A stretch of DNA of 62,880 bases, filler included, from Sphacelaria rigidula (Eukaryota): NCBI GenBank assembly GCA_964200075.2. It is 9 parts of 9 records of this genome, joined end to end, with 100 filler letters (N's around TTAATTAATTAA, not from the genome) between each part and the next. Parts side by side here need not be neighbours in the genome. Positions count along the whole stretch, not along the records: positions 34,991 to 41,888 come from CAXNAA020017522.1; positions 41,989 to 48,886 come from CAXNAA020017523.1; positions 48,987 to 55,883 come from CAXNAA020017524.1; 6 more parts are not named here. One strand, written 5' to 3'. Below are positions 37,043-49,746 of this stretch, in pieces. Each line of letters begins with the position of its first letter. Position 1 is the first letter of the stretch. Position numbers and translations under genes: made by a program. The notes below the pieces were generated by a model. It was not told the origin of the DNA. It did no database searches and saw only the letters and a list, made by a program, of their open reading frames with translations.

Positions 37043-37556
37043 GGTAGCAGAAGTGGTTTGCTGGTAATTTTAACGAGTGAGGAAGTGTACTGCGCGGTAT
37101 CGCTGTGCAGAGATAGAGCCCCAGAGTGGAGTGTCTGGTCGGTTTGGTTGGTGAAGCAGAGATCCGTTATATTTTTGATGGAAACTCCTTCACAGTAGCC
37201 CTTATCTTTAGATCCGCGGTCGAATGCCGTAGGTCTCAACAGACAAACAATAAAACAAAGCACCGCAGCTCTTCAATTTTCAGATAAAAATTCTTGTGGT
37301 CTATTAATTAGGGTTCCCCTCTCATCCTGAAAGCTGAGGGAGAAACACTAAACCTACATTTCAGGTGAGAACACACGAAGAAGATCGAATTAATCGTGAG
37401 TCAATACCCAATGGAAAATGATATTTGTTGTGCTGAATAAAATAGAAGAGGACATATCTTCAATGGCCTTGACACATGCCCGTGGGTGTTCTCGGTTGTC
37501 GGCCCTGTGCTGTGGAGCGGGTAGCGTGAGGCTAGAGCGAGAGCGAGGGGGCCATC

Positions 37557-37706
37557 ATGGCTTCCGAAGATGAATTCATCATGTTATCGTATTGTGGGGC
37601 CACGTTCGGATTGTCCGTGTTGCTGTTCGTGTTGCGGAAGTTGTTGGTACGGGACGCAGCGAATAGCCGCCTGAGCAGAGCCCAAGAGTACGTCCGCCCT
37701 GTCGAG
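37557..37706 (+). CDS. First exon of a putative membrane protein, divergent from the tubulin exon
   Basis: ATCATGG start context; MASEDEFIMLSYCGATFGLSVLLFVLRKLLVRDAANSRLSRAQEYVRPVE has one hydrophobic helix followed by RK; GAG/GTACAG donor. Confidence 0.5.
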
Positions 37707-39016
37707 GTACAGTACTATTACCCTGTAGTTGTTGCGCAACTTCGTGCTGCCGTCTTGGCAACCGATCATCAGTACCATACCTTGAGTTTTCTTTGTGTTG
37801 CCGTGTCTGTTGTGCTTGTCGGGACGTGTATAGGTGCGAACTAGATTTTACCCGCACCGTAGTGGGAGATGTTTCATTGGTTCGAAAGAACTATATGAGC
37901 GAATGCCTCCCTTTGCACACCGACCCGGCTTCACTGTCCTCTCTGTCCAATCCGGGGCATTTCGTTAGTGTTGTGATGGAATATCCTATTTGGCAAGTGT
38001 GTCTATCTTGATCGTATGGATCTTCCACTTCTTGTGCGTGAGTGCTTCCCAGCAAAAACTGCCTGTGACTGCCAGGAGCACAAGGTTGGGCCAGAAAAAG
38101 GTACACCCATTTCGATGTTGGATGGAGATTCTACACCATCTTAGGGTGTATCTTACGGCCTTCTTAGCACATGAGTTTTCGACAGTATTATGCCAAAAAA
38201 AAAAGCAAGTCAACTGCCAAGATTCCCGCATACAAAAATCATACGCACCTCATGTATCTTTCAACGGTTTAACAGGGTTTAGTACTGTATTTTTAGTACA
38301 AATCAAGGGTTATTTTGCATCTAGATTTATCCGCTGTGTCTGTTCTAACAAGCCTGAAACTTGGCACAGAGGTAGACCACAACACGGACAGCATTTTCCC
38401 GGGGCGGCGGCACGTTTTACGTGGTGCGCTAGACGCACAAAGCAAAATACGGATTTTGGGCAATGCCATCGATACGCCCTCAAAACGCAGTCCCCTCGGC
38501 GCAGACTGCGTGAGACGTCAGTGGATGCACATGTTGACACGCAGATACGCTCACTTCATGCTGGGTGGCTCCTGCCCGGGCAAACGAACATGTCGATCCG
38601 TATTGGGCACACTCTGGATGATGTCATTCTACGCGGTACCTATCTTGGTGTCGCCAGTAGAGGTGCTCACTTCAGGAGACATGGCCATGCAAGCCCTGTT
38701 AGTGCTCTTACGTTCTGAAACTTCGGCCACATGTCATGTAGACTACAGACAACAACCTCATCTCGCTGAATCTGGGGTCGCGCGGTGTGTGCGTGCGTAT
38801 TGGGGCGAAAAGGTGTCGGATCCTGTTCCGATTTTTTTTTCTTTTGGCGTAAGAATGTCGATCGAAAAAGTGCGGTGGAAAACATAAATCCTGATCTGAT
38901 AGGTCATTATTTCAACCATCTTCAAAATTAGCGACGATGGTTGAAATTACGACCTACCAGATCGGGATTTTTGCTTTCCACCGCACAATACCGATCGAAA
39001 ACCAATGTGCTAAGAC

Positions 39017-39837
39017 GGGGCTTTTTAGCACCTTTTTTTTCGACCGAAAAAGTGCGGTCGATTTGTTTTGGCCGATCTCATAGGTCCACCGCTTTTATGT
39101 TCCTCAAAGGCTTCTACCCAACATTATAATTAGCGGCGCGCGGAGAAGAATGCAACGAGGTAAAAAACAATCGTTTTCAATCGAAAACATGCGGTCGAAA
39201 GGCACGGAGCGGCATTTGTCTCCTATCTTACAGACCACCATGTAAATAACACCTGTACATAGAACCATGCAAACTCCATCCAACTCATTCTCAGCCACCA
39301 CCGCAACCCTGCGGCACAGACCACGAGCTGAGCACAGGGATAGATGCACTACAACAGTTGGGTGTGCTTTGCTTATTTCTTGTTGGCGAAAACTTGCGCA
39401 TCTTCTCTCATGGTGGGCATCAGGGACGGAACTGCGTGGTACGCCGGGCCACCGAGTTGCGTGCACGCTCATGGACAGTGCAGGCAGTACAAAGCTGCAC
39501 GTTGCTGAAGTTCTTTTCACGTCGCATTGTAAGCATAGAGAACTGATAGTTCTGGGCTGTCTGAACTGCACGTTGTCCGCTTCTCTTTTATATCCTCCTG
39601 CACGAAACACGCACACACGCACTCAAGACACCCCTACTTGCAAGCAGTGCAAACAGTACAGACTGTCTGTACTATACACGAGTGACCATGTACCGTTTCA
39701 CGAATTTCACTGTCTTTTTTCAATCGAAAGCTTGAAAGTCCATCCGAACCCAACTGCATCAAAACGAGAAAATTTCGCTCAGATCGATTCCACCGCCTCA
39801 TTTTTTCGATCGAAAAGAAAGGTGCCAAGACAGGCCC
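39017..39837. mobile_element. Non-autonomous DNA transposon with PIF/Harbinger-like GGGC...GCCC ends; homolog of 6999-7632
   Basis: Imperfect TIRs GGGCTTTTTAGCACCTTTTTTTTCGACCGAAAAAGTGCGGT / ACCGCCTCATTTTTTCGATCGAAAAGAAAGGTGCCAAGACAGGCCC followed by TAA; related motifs at 38855-39015. Confidence 0.6.
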
Positions 39838-40360
39838 TAAGCCATATCGGCAGTGGACGCGGGAAGTGGTGTTCATGGCCAAAGAAGGGGACAAACAAGA
39901 GAAGAAGCATCATCGCGTGTTCTCGGCAAAACAAGAGAAACCAGTCAAACTTACGTTGTTTGAGTGACACGATGAGATCTCGCTGACCTCTCTATCATGA
40001 TGTCCTAACGGGACGAGAAAAATACATTTCCGCAAGCATTTTTCCAAAGAACATTTTGCATGAAAAGTTTTCTGCCCACTGGAGTACCAACAGCTACTGC
40101 TCGAGGTAGGTTTTGTCTGTCGTGGGACATTGAACCTCGGAAGTTGATGAGAGGTTATACCTCAGCTCTGCGCATTATCTTTGCATGCTTCGCCTTTTGG
40201 TCCGTACATTTGAGTTTACCCACGAGCAAAATGTTTTACCGGAGGTCGCAGTAATCATTTCCAAGTCCAACGAAGGGCTCTTCAAAAAACATTGCAGGAG
40301 TGGCATCGACGTGGCCAATCACAGGGCATCTTGTCGGAAGTGTTTGGCTTTATACCGGTA

Positions 40361-40772
40361 AACACGGGATCTTACAAATTGGGGATGGATCTTTTATTGG
40401 GGATGAGAAACCCGGAGAACTAAAATCTTTGTATCCACACCAAATCTTTGAAATATGGTTCCATTTCTTCACCTACTGATAGCTATTGTCAACTGCTACA
40501 CGCCATAGAAATTTGGATTTCGATCATCGAAATGTTGGGGTCCTAGGTGAAGAAACAATCTCGCAGCCATTTTGGCGTCCGTTCGGACACCCGTAATTCC
40601 CCAAAATTGGTTTTTCACCTAGGACCTCGACATTTCGGTGATCGAAATCCAAATTTATATGGCGTGTAGCAGTTGTCAATAGCCATCAGTAGGTAAAGGT
40701 ATAAGATTTGGTGTGGATACGAAGATTTTAATTCTCCGGGTTTCTCATCCCCAATTTGTGAGATCCCGTGTT
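40361..40772. mobile_element. Long fold-back element with apparent 4-bp TSD (GGTA)
   Basis: AACACGGGATCT.ACAAATTGGGGATG...CATCCCCAATTTGTGAGATCCCGTGTT; arms of 165-200 bp around a spacer of about 46 bp; GGTA on both flanks. Confidence 0.85.
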
Positions 40773-41988
40773 GGTAAGACATAGCGCCAAGTGGCCGAAA
40801 AACGTACAGTATTCATTTTTCTAGTCATCACGTGAACCTTTTCCCCTCCGCCCTGCCGTACGGCGTCCACCGGCCAGCTCCGGCCCATTCATCGATCCTC
40901 CTCCGCATCATATTGGACTGCCCCTCACAGGCTGGTTTACGCTGATCACCCGAAATTGTGTCATCAGCAAGTGCCTTTCGCAATACCTACCCAATAGTCG
41001 CATATGTGATATCATACTGACCGCCATGGACAGCTGAAGAGCCTGACATAGCCGGATTTATGTGTAAGGCCATAGTGGTAGCGCTAAGGGCGAAAAGGTA
41101 CTCAGGCAATCAGCGCCCGTCAACGTGTTTCGAGATCTAAATCACGAATTCCAAGCCCAATTTTTACCCAATCTCCACATGGTTCAAATCGTAGTAACCG
41201 TCATCGGCTCGGGGATCTAACGAAAAAAACATATTTCAAAACGGTTGCTACGGGGGTCGAATTATACCACACCCTGGACAACAGACGGCATCTAATGCGA
41301 TAGCAATAGAATCTGCTGCAGTAGATGCCAATATTGTCATCCGTAATGGCCATCGATCGGCAAGTTTATCTTTGTACTGTCGTTGGCAATGTCTATCGAT
41401 GGACCAGTTTCCCACACTTGCGTCTGGGCAGCAGTCTGCTATGGCCCTTCACCGAAATCTATTGATGACGACGATGGCTATTGACAGGTCGTATACCAAA
41501 TCTATTGATGACGACAATAACTATTGATGGATTGCGTGTAAATCTATGCACGGCGGCAATGGCTATCGACAAATGCATACCATAATTAACTGTGGTATAT
41601 AATGCCCACCGACAGATTTTCTCTGTCGTCTATTGCCACACCTACATCGTAACATACTACGTATAGAGCATATTATACTCCGTTAAGATACGGTAGAGAA
41701 GCCGCAGGCGCACATGCAGTGGGTATATAATGATACTATTTGTGAATATATGACATCACGCTTCTACAATTTTAGAGCGCTTGTACTATACAGGAATCCG
41801 CAACATGTGTAGACAGAAGTTTACAACTTTTCACGGTTAGGACAATCATCACGACTCAAAATCACCAAATTCACGATTTCTTCGGCCTNNNNNNNNNNNN
41901 NNNNNNNNNNNNNNNNNNNNNNNNNNNNNNNNTTAATTAATTAANNNNNNNNNNNNNNNNNNNNNNNNNNNNNNNNNNNNNNNNNNNN

Positions 41989-42784
41989 ATGTTGCAGCTA
42001 CAGCGTGCGTTTGCCCAGGTGGCGCACGCAGGAGTGAAAGGCCGCCTTCGCCGCTGTAACAGCTGCCTGTATCTTTGGGCGAAGCTGTATGGTACCACAG
42101 CCGCAGCTGGTGCGCCCACATATACCGAAAGGTGGAGACCGGCGTCCAGAATAGATGGGACGACAACACACACAGCACACTCGACGTTGCGCAGTACACT
42201 TCCCACATCGTGTTCGTACTGCCTGTGGAAATCTTTTGTCCACGGTTGGGTACAATTCCACATGTAATACAGGGGCAACATCTGGGCGAATTGCAGGTGA
42301 GGCAATCGCCGAAATATTCACCTGCAAGCTCTGCTCCAGTACACTGCAAGTTTATATCGCTAGAAGGACACTACCATAACCACCTTGCCGGCTGCCAGAC
42401 TGTCACAGACTGTCAGGACGTAGGATCCGCTAGCTTTGCTACTGTCAGGTACGTTTTGGAGCATGATACTTGATGTAGATCATCCCTGTACATGAGCACC
42501 AAACGCTGGGGGCTCTTACTCAAGAGTTCGATTTGGACGATGATACCAGGTGGGCAGCGACAACTGCTGTTTGTCCAGGTCCCCGTTGGAGCAGGATGCG
42601 TTAGGTGTCCGTTTGACGAAGTTATCGCCCCAAACCCGAAATCGATAGGGGTTTCAGAGTGGAAAAATCTAGGGGGAAAACGTTCGCAAGAATCCGATCG
42701 CAAGAACCAGGTCGCAAGAATCCTGACGCAAAAACGGAGTCGCTAAAAACCAGATAGTCGAATTTTTACCCGCAGCAGAAACCA
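41989..42784. repeat. Direct duplication, second copy at about 43961-44864; both contain a SINE family A tail
   Basis: Colinear from TGTTGCAGCTACAGCGTGCG to TAGTCGAATTTTTACCCG.AGCAGAAACCAA, with indels. Confidence 0.9.
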
Positions 42785-43596
42785 ACTTCACTTTGTGAAA
42801 TTGGAATAGGAGCGGGTGTAAACAGACAGTTCCACCGCACTCAATGACCTATCAAACGAAGTAGTATTCATACTTCTCAACGCTTTGGGCGATTTTCCGT
42901 GTTGCCGACACCGTGCCAGCGCGCTTGTCCACTAAAACGCTGCACTCCTCTGTGGCAGCCCGTCACGGTATTGCTCCTCGTGTTTCATCACGCTTTATTC
43001 GAAAACACGCAGAAGAAATACCAGCGAGTCCATCGTTGTTGCACTTGGAAGTGTGGTGAACCAGTTTTTCGATCTAGTACTGCCGCATGCTGCGTGTTGT
43101 ACCGAATAGCATACCGTACCAGTTCAAAAACGGATATGCATTATGTAAACGCCACCGACATGCTCTGTTTATCATGCGTTGTACTGTGTACGAGGCGCGG
43201 GAAGCTAGTTTTTATCAAGGAATGCAAGGACGCAACCACACTGCAGTACAGGCAGCTTTTATTATTAGCATGAAACACGCGCTTCGAACGAGACACAAGA
43301 CAAAGCATTTGCATCATAATACTTAGGCGTTTCGGTACTGAAATGAGCCGACCAGTCCCTTCACTACCTACCTTACGGAGATAGATACCACAAGTAAATT
43401 ACAAAATAACTTACGGGTAGACCTTCTCATTTTAGAGTAGAGGGCCCAGCCGAGACCACTCCGGGTTCACCGCCGAAATCCGAGACGGCAACGTCGCAAA
43501 CACCGAAATATGTTGAAATTCGAAGCGCCCTGGACACACGACAATCTATATATATATAGTAATGGGAGGCAATACGGTAGGGGTGTTGAGCCCACA

Positions 43597-43698
43597 GGTG
43601 GCCACTGGGGTGCCTGCAACCTCAAATTTGGATGTTACAGACCTTGTGCAACGTCTGCAACGTCCAAATTTGAGGTTACAGGCACCCCAGTGGCCACC
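43597..43698. repeat. Near-perfect 102-bp palindrome / hairpin
   Basis: GGTGGCCACTGGGGTGCCTGCAACCTCAAATTTGGATGTTACAGAC, a short loop, then GTCTGCAACGTCCAAATTTGAGGTTACAGGCACCCCAGTGGCCACC. Confidence 0.9.
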
Positions 43699-46487
43699 CG
43701 TGCCAACACTACATGCGAACCGCGGCGTGATGCCTGCGGTGGTTCTACCTGCTCACTGCACAGCGGTAGGGTGCAAGGCGACAAAGCACACCGCAGAACG
43801 TCGCATCCTCAGCCTATCCCTGTCCTGTATTGATTTCGCGTTGTCCTATGCAGTTCGCCACATCATGAGTGCAGCCGCTTGTATCGCGGCCAACGTGTAC
43901 GCAGAATATCACGCCTCGCCACGCGCTATGTTGCTACGTCACATTTTGTAAAGCTGTCCGTGTTGCAGCTACAGCGTGCGTTTGCCCCAGGTGGCGCACG
44001 CAGGAGTGAAAGACCGCCTTCGCCGCTGTAATAGCTGGCTGTATCTTGGGCGAAGCTGTATGGTACCACAGCCGCGGCTGGTGCGCCCACATATACCGAA
44101 AGGTGGAGGAACCGGCGTCCAGAATAGATGGGACGACAACACACAGAGCACACTCGACGTTGCGCAGTACTGTACACTTTAAACAACGTGTCCGTACTGA
44201 CTGTAGAAATCTTTTGTCCACAGTTGGGTACAATTCCACATGTAATGCAGGATCTGGTACATGTCGACATATAATGTAACGGAGGGTTTGGTACGTTTGC
44301 ACCTGTACATGCATGTAATGTTACTCGGTGATATCGAGAAAAAGTTCGCAACATCTGGGCAATGTGCAGGTGAGGCAATCGCCGAAATATTCACCTGTAA
44401 ACTCTGCTCCAGTGCACTGTGAGTTGATATCGCTAGAAGGACACTACGATAACCACCTTACCGGCTGCCGGACTGTCAGGACGTAGGATCCGCTAGCATT
44501 GATACTGTCTGTACGAGGGTGTTGCCCCCTTGTCAGGTACGTTTTGGAGGATGGTTCTAGATGAAGCTCATCCTTCCTTGTTCATGGGCATCAAACACTG
44601 GGGGTCCTCCCTCAAGACTCCGATTTGGACGATGATACTAGGTAGGAAGCGGCATCTGCTGTGTGTCCAGGTGCCCCTTGGAGCATGATGCATTTGGAGT
44701 CTATTCGACGGAGTTATCCCCCCCAAAAACGAAATCAATATGGGTTTGAGAGTGGAAAAATCCAGCAAAAAAACTATCGCAAGAATCGGGTCGCAAAAAT
44801 CCTGTCGCAAAAACGGAGTCATAAAAAGCCGGTTAGTCGAATTTTTACCCGTAGCAGAAACCAAATGTTACGGCGGACATCGACTGTATATGTAATAGGC
44901 GTTTCGAAGTGCGCGTGGCAAGTGCAGTAGGTCTTATTCCATTCGGGCGTCCTTCACCGGAGCCCCTCACCCCTCGCCCCTCACAACTTCCATCACCCAG
45001 CAACTTCAGTTGTAGCTCACCAGTAGCCAAGCCTAATGACAAAGCTATCAGCCCCCACTTGGAGACATCTCGCTTGCAAGCAAGCCAAGAGCACCTCTGT
45101 GCACACGAAAGTGAGCCCCTACTTAGCCTTACGATGCAGTGCTGGTCGGACTCGAGGGTCTGTTACTCACGACTTCAAGGGTGATTCCTCTCGACTGCAA
45201 TCGTTCAGTGCAGCCAGCCGCTAGCGTCGTGCTACCCCTTGCCTGGTATGTTCTTTGAGAGTGACACCGGTATCACCCCGTGATCAGAACACGACATGGT
45301 GACCAATGGAGAATATAGGCAGTACTGAATAGTCACATCGCTGTAGAGCTGCATTGCTTTGCGGATTGTCTACGTACTGGATAGCGCAACAGGTATGCCC
45401 TCTGTACGGCTTGAGGCAGACGGATAATCGATCGCGTGAAAAATTGTAAATTTTCAAATTTTTACATTTTTTGTGCCAGATCAGAGCTGTAACACGCAGC
45501 TGTCTCATGTGCTCGGTGCCTCCCGCACCAAAGCGGCACTGGAAGTATATCCTGTTGTGCAACCTGCCACACGGCCCTGCGTGTTCACGGCGTAGTCGCC
45601 CGCATGCACCATCGTTACAACAGAATGCTGCAGATGGCATGCGGTCGCCTGTACACGAGCTTGCACTGGAACGAATTTTGAAAAATCTGTTCACGCCTCT
45701 CAGTGCAGTATACATTCTTTCATAAGAGGTCTGGATGTTACTGTACAGTAAGTACAACGTGCGCATTGTGTACTAAGTGCTTTGTAGGCTGCAGGTATGT
45801 GCTGTTGTCCCACTACTAGAGAGTGAAGTGAAGTGGCCCGAGACGGTAACCGGCGAACAGGCGTGGGCAGAGTGCACATAGCCAGCAGTTGGGGGTAAAA
45901 TCCACCTGGAGGTAGGTATATGCACAGGCTGTTGATTGCTTGCGAACAGTCAGATATTGGGAGACCGTACTCCGCGTGCAATGTGCGCGGGTCAGATGTG
46001 TCTTTCTTGTCACGCTCCTATTGGATCTGGTGCAGCGGTACCTACCCATGTTAGGCAGGCACGTGTTCGCATGGCATTTGCCCTGTGTTAGCCAGGTACG
46101 TGATTGCACTGTGTTTGCACTGTACTGCATGCGGGGGCAGCGTGTTTACGCTGTCTACAATTTCGTACCAAAGAACCCTGAGCGCACAAACAGGACTGCT
46201 CGAGCAGTTGTTCGGATCATTATGTGTGAGTCCGAATGAATTTCTGACCAACATACGGGGCATCTATGCTGGTGTCATCCTGGGGGCGAGATATGTTCAA
46301 CACCCGGCAAATGACAAATGGCCCCTAGTATGATTGATCGATGTACGGCATTGTGAAAAGTCATTGCGCGGGTCAAGTCGTGTGGATTCGATTCCGCTCC
46401 TCGCCACAACATGTCGCCACTGCATTGTCATTGTGTCGCCACTACATCGGGATCTTCTCATCGGCCTACCTTTCGACACAGCATATC

Positions 46488-46605
46488 GTCACTTCACTAC
46501 ATGGGACCGTCACTACACTACATGGGACCGTCACTACACTACATGAGACCGTCACTACACTACATGGGACCGTCCCTACACTGCAGAGGACCATCACTAC
46601 ATGGG
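46488..46605. repeat. 21-bp minisatellite, about 5 copies
   Basis: Head-to-tail CACTACATGGGACCGTCACTA units with no spacers. Confidence 0.9.
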
Positions 46606-48054
46606 TTTCTTCACGCCGGAAAACTTGGGGCAACCAGTGCCAATGCTCGGCAGTAGTAGACACATCGATTGTAAAAGATATTACGTGCAGGGCTCACGCC
46701 TTGGTCATATTGTTTTGTCCACCCTTTCTTTACTGTAGCGTTGCGTTCGACTCTTCCCTTCACAGTGACCCACATTTCATTTCATTTTATTTTATTTTAT
46801 TTTATTTTTATCTACTATTCACGTTTTGATTTTTTTTTAGGTTTTGGAATTGCACGCGAACATCGGAAGAGCACGCACTGATACTACGCCCCCCCCGTCC
46901 ATCCCTGCCGCTTTTGCTGTTCGATTTTGCTCGCTCCTGTCGCCCCGAACGTACCTGCGTAATGCCGCGAGTCATACCACGGTCGTTGGTATCGCATCAT
47001 ACCATGTTTATTTCCCCTCCCGCTGGTATTTTTCTTGCTGCCGAATTTTTTCTCTTTCGCGATCACACTGTTTTATACTAGTGGTCCCTTTCCCTCATCG
47101 TCTGCATTTCGCAGTCGTAGCCCACGACGCACTATTTGCGTCATTCTCTCCTTTCACCGACTCGATTTTTTTTCCCCTTTCGCCTCCCTGTCTGCCATAT
47201 GGTACTCCTTGATTTTCTGCCGTTTTTCTCGTCTCTTTCTACATTTTCAGTTATATTTGCTCTACTCCCCGAGGCAATTTTACTCTATAGCTATCTTCGC
47301 TATTTGTTTTTTGCTACTATCATGTTGCAAGCTACAGCCTCGCCCATCCATGGTGTTTTTTGGCAAATAATTTGCTAGAGCCATTTCCTGACGCACGAAA
47401 GTATACCCCAGGTACATCTGTCTTGAGAAACCCGCGATGGCAAACTCCAGGGACGACCACTAAGCGCAACGAAAGTCAACTCGGGATAACGGGTGAGATC
47501 GGGCATCGACAGCGGCTCCGCCAATCGTAGCCAATGGCGGTTTGCTAGACATCTGAGAAGAGGGTGTAACCATATATCGGGAAGGTTGTAGCGCAAGGGT
47601 AACAGGTGGGTGAATCGGAGAAACGGGAGCTGGTAGGCGTTCTGCTGGGCTCTTTGGACACTGGGCCGTTCTCCACGGATCCGAAGCGGGTTCTGGCCAC
47701 CATCAACGGGGAGCTACAAATACCCCTTGTTTGAGAGTACTGTACTCCATTCGCAGAAAATCAACGCCACTTTTTTTTGTCGAGTAGCGTCACGTAGCTC
47801 CCCAAGTGGTAGACCCGAGACCGCCCGAACAGCACCGATCAAGGTTCCGTAACAGGTGTGAGTACTGGTCATTCCGCACAGTTAACGAAGGAACGAAGGT
47901 AGGCGAAGTGCTCTCCGCAGGGGGGGAAACGCCTACTTCTTCCGACAGACCTCCAACTGGACACTGGCGAATCATCGTGCTCTGTAGATCCTTACCAACG
48001 CATCCAATCTGATCTCCAAGGAGACCCTTTGAGAAAACAGGTGCAATCGGACCT

Positions 48055-48835
48055 GAGGGGGGTGTACTCACTCGTTGATCGCCTTAATCGTTCGACCACT
48101 GACCACGCATCCCTTTCGGGACGGAGCACCGCTCCTACTCCTAATAGAGATACCTTCAACATTCCGGCGCGCATCACGCTTCTTCCATAACTCATTACGT
48201 TCCTTCCACACATTGCGCAAAAACCTTTCACATATCTAGTACATCCGACGATTTCATACCACCTTCGTTCACGTCCCGTATTTCCCCCTCTAGCAAGTCC
48301 CGTTCCTCCTTGCATACTTCACATTGTGCCACCTTATGACTTCTGCTCTCTATTGCTTCGCCACAGCGGCAGTTCTGTCCATTTACTTCCTCCTTTTTCC
48401 GACTACTAGTATACCTCTTTCTTTTTTCCGGCAGGTTCAGGTATTGACCCGAAACCGCAGTTTCAATTTTTTTGCCGTGTCCACGGGGCCATGCAGATAC
48501 GTTTTCATTCCGATCCCCTCTCTCAACTCTCCGGTTATCTCCAGGTGTTATTTCTCGTCTACCTTACGTCTGAGCTCTCTTTTTTTCCCCTCACTTTTGT
48601 CATGTTGCTCACTTTTGTCTCGTACCCCGCGCCTGCATCTAGGGACAGTATTTCGTCTTGGTTCCCTCTTATCTCCTTCCATACTTTCTCGACTTCTCTA
48701 TCCCACCTTATGGTATCTCCTTTCGTACTTTTCTTCCATACAGCCGTATCAACGACAGCTGGCAGTCTTTTTCTCTGCATGTTCAAGCGATATTGCCATC
48801 TGAGTTTCCTCATGCCTTCTGTTTGTTTTAAGTGA
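48055..48835 (-). mobile_element. Degenerate LINE (non-LTR retrotransposon) ORF2 C-terminus and 3' end
   Basis: Minus translation gives MRKLRWQYRLNMQRKRLPAVV, GMKTYLHGPVDTAKKLKLRFR and NCRCGEAIESRSHKVAQCEVCKEER (CxC..E..H...C knuckle typical of LINE ORF2); frameshifted. Confidence 0.8.
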
Positions 48836-48986
48836 GTACATTTCCAACTCTGCTCTCAAAACTGTATTACTCGTCGTTTTCGAGCANNNNNNNNNNNNNN
48901 NNNNNNNNNNNNNNNNNNNNNNNNNNNNNNTTAATTAATTAANNNNNNNNNNNNNNNNNNNNNNNNNNNNNNNNNNNNNNNNNNNN

Positions 48987-49035
48987 TCATCCCGAGGAAG
49001 GGGAGGGGTTCGGAGTGTGAGGGAAAAGAAAAAAT
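48987..49035 (+). mobile_element. SINE family B 3' tail at contig start
   Basis: TCATCCCGAGGAAGGGGAGGGGTTCGGAGTGTGAGGGAAAAGAAAAAA matches the tails of the 19818 and 30657 copies. Confidence 0.7.
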
Positions 49036-49641
49036 CAATACATCTAGCAGTCTCGAGCATCTTCATTTTCAGCGAGTATATGGCCATCTAGGACCGAAGC
49101 TCGTAAGAGTAGGGCGGCTGATGCGCCGCGCCCAGTTGACAGGGGGCTATAGCGGGTCGGGACCCCCACAAAATCCGTGTATATACGTTGGGTACATCTA
49201 TCTTGTGACCGCGGCTAGCTCCGAAGCGCCGACCAGTCTAACGTGTGACAGTAAATGAAAAAGTCGGATAATCAATCAAATAATGGGTCGGAAACTAGTG
49301 TACAATACATCGAGCAGCGTGAGCTGCTATCAACGACATAGACATGAAAAAACAGGAGCAAATTTTGATATAATAGTGCTGGTGCTGGTATTTTGTAGTC
49401 ATCCATGTGTTAGGTGCATGGCGGAACCAACCGACAGAGAAAATGTAGAAGTGTCTGATTGCTTGTTTTTTCTTCCGTGAGTGGTTCCAACGAGGAGGCA
49501 CGCCAACAGTAACGGTCACGATCAAGTGAAATATTTTATATTTGTTTGTGCTTGAGCGAAAAAGACGTGGGAGAGAATAAGTCTACTGGGTATATACTTC
49601 TTATTCGTCCATTATAGCATCAAACACGTTTTGCCTCTCAC

Positions 49642-49746
49642 CATCAGCCCAGCCTTGGCGCGCTTGAACGCTGCTCCCGGGACGTTGCGCTTCCGATGTT
49701 CTCCGGAGATTAGGGCGGTGACTTCCAGCAGGCCGTTGCTCAACGC
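49642..49746 (-). CDS. FNR/cytochrome b5 reductase-like oxidoreductase, exon f
   Basis: (CA)n-CAG acceptor and GTGAG donor; ALSNGLLEVTALISGEHRKRNVPGAAFKRAKAGLM continues in frame after ELTAMQ. Confidence 0.75.

Noticed and set aside
37990..39986. Long ORFs of 242, 190 and 239 aa as genes
   Set aside because: They overlap in conflicting frames, have no motifs, and the 239-aa ORF lies within a dispersed repeat whose other copy does not keep the frame.
46488..46605. CRISPR-like 21-bp repeats
   Set aside because: A plain tandem minisatellite without spacers.
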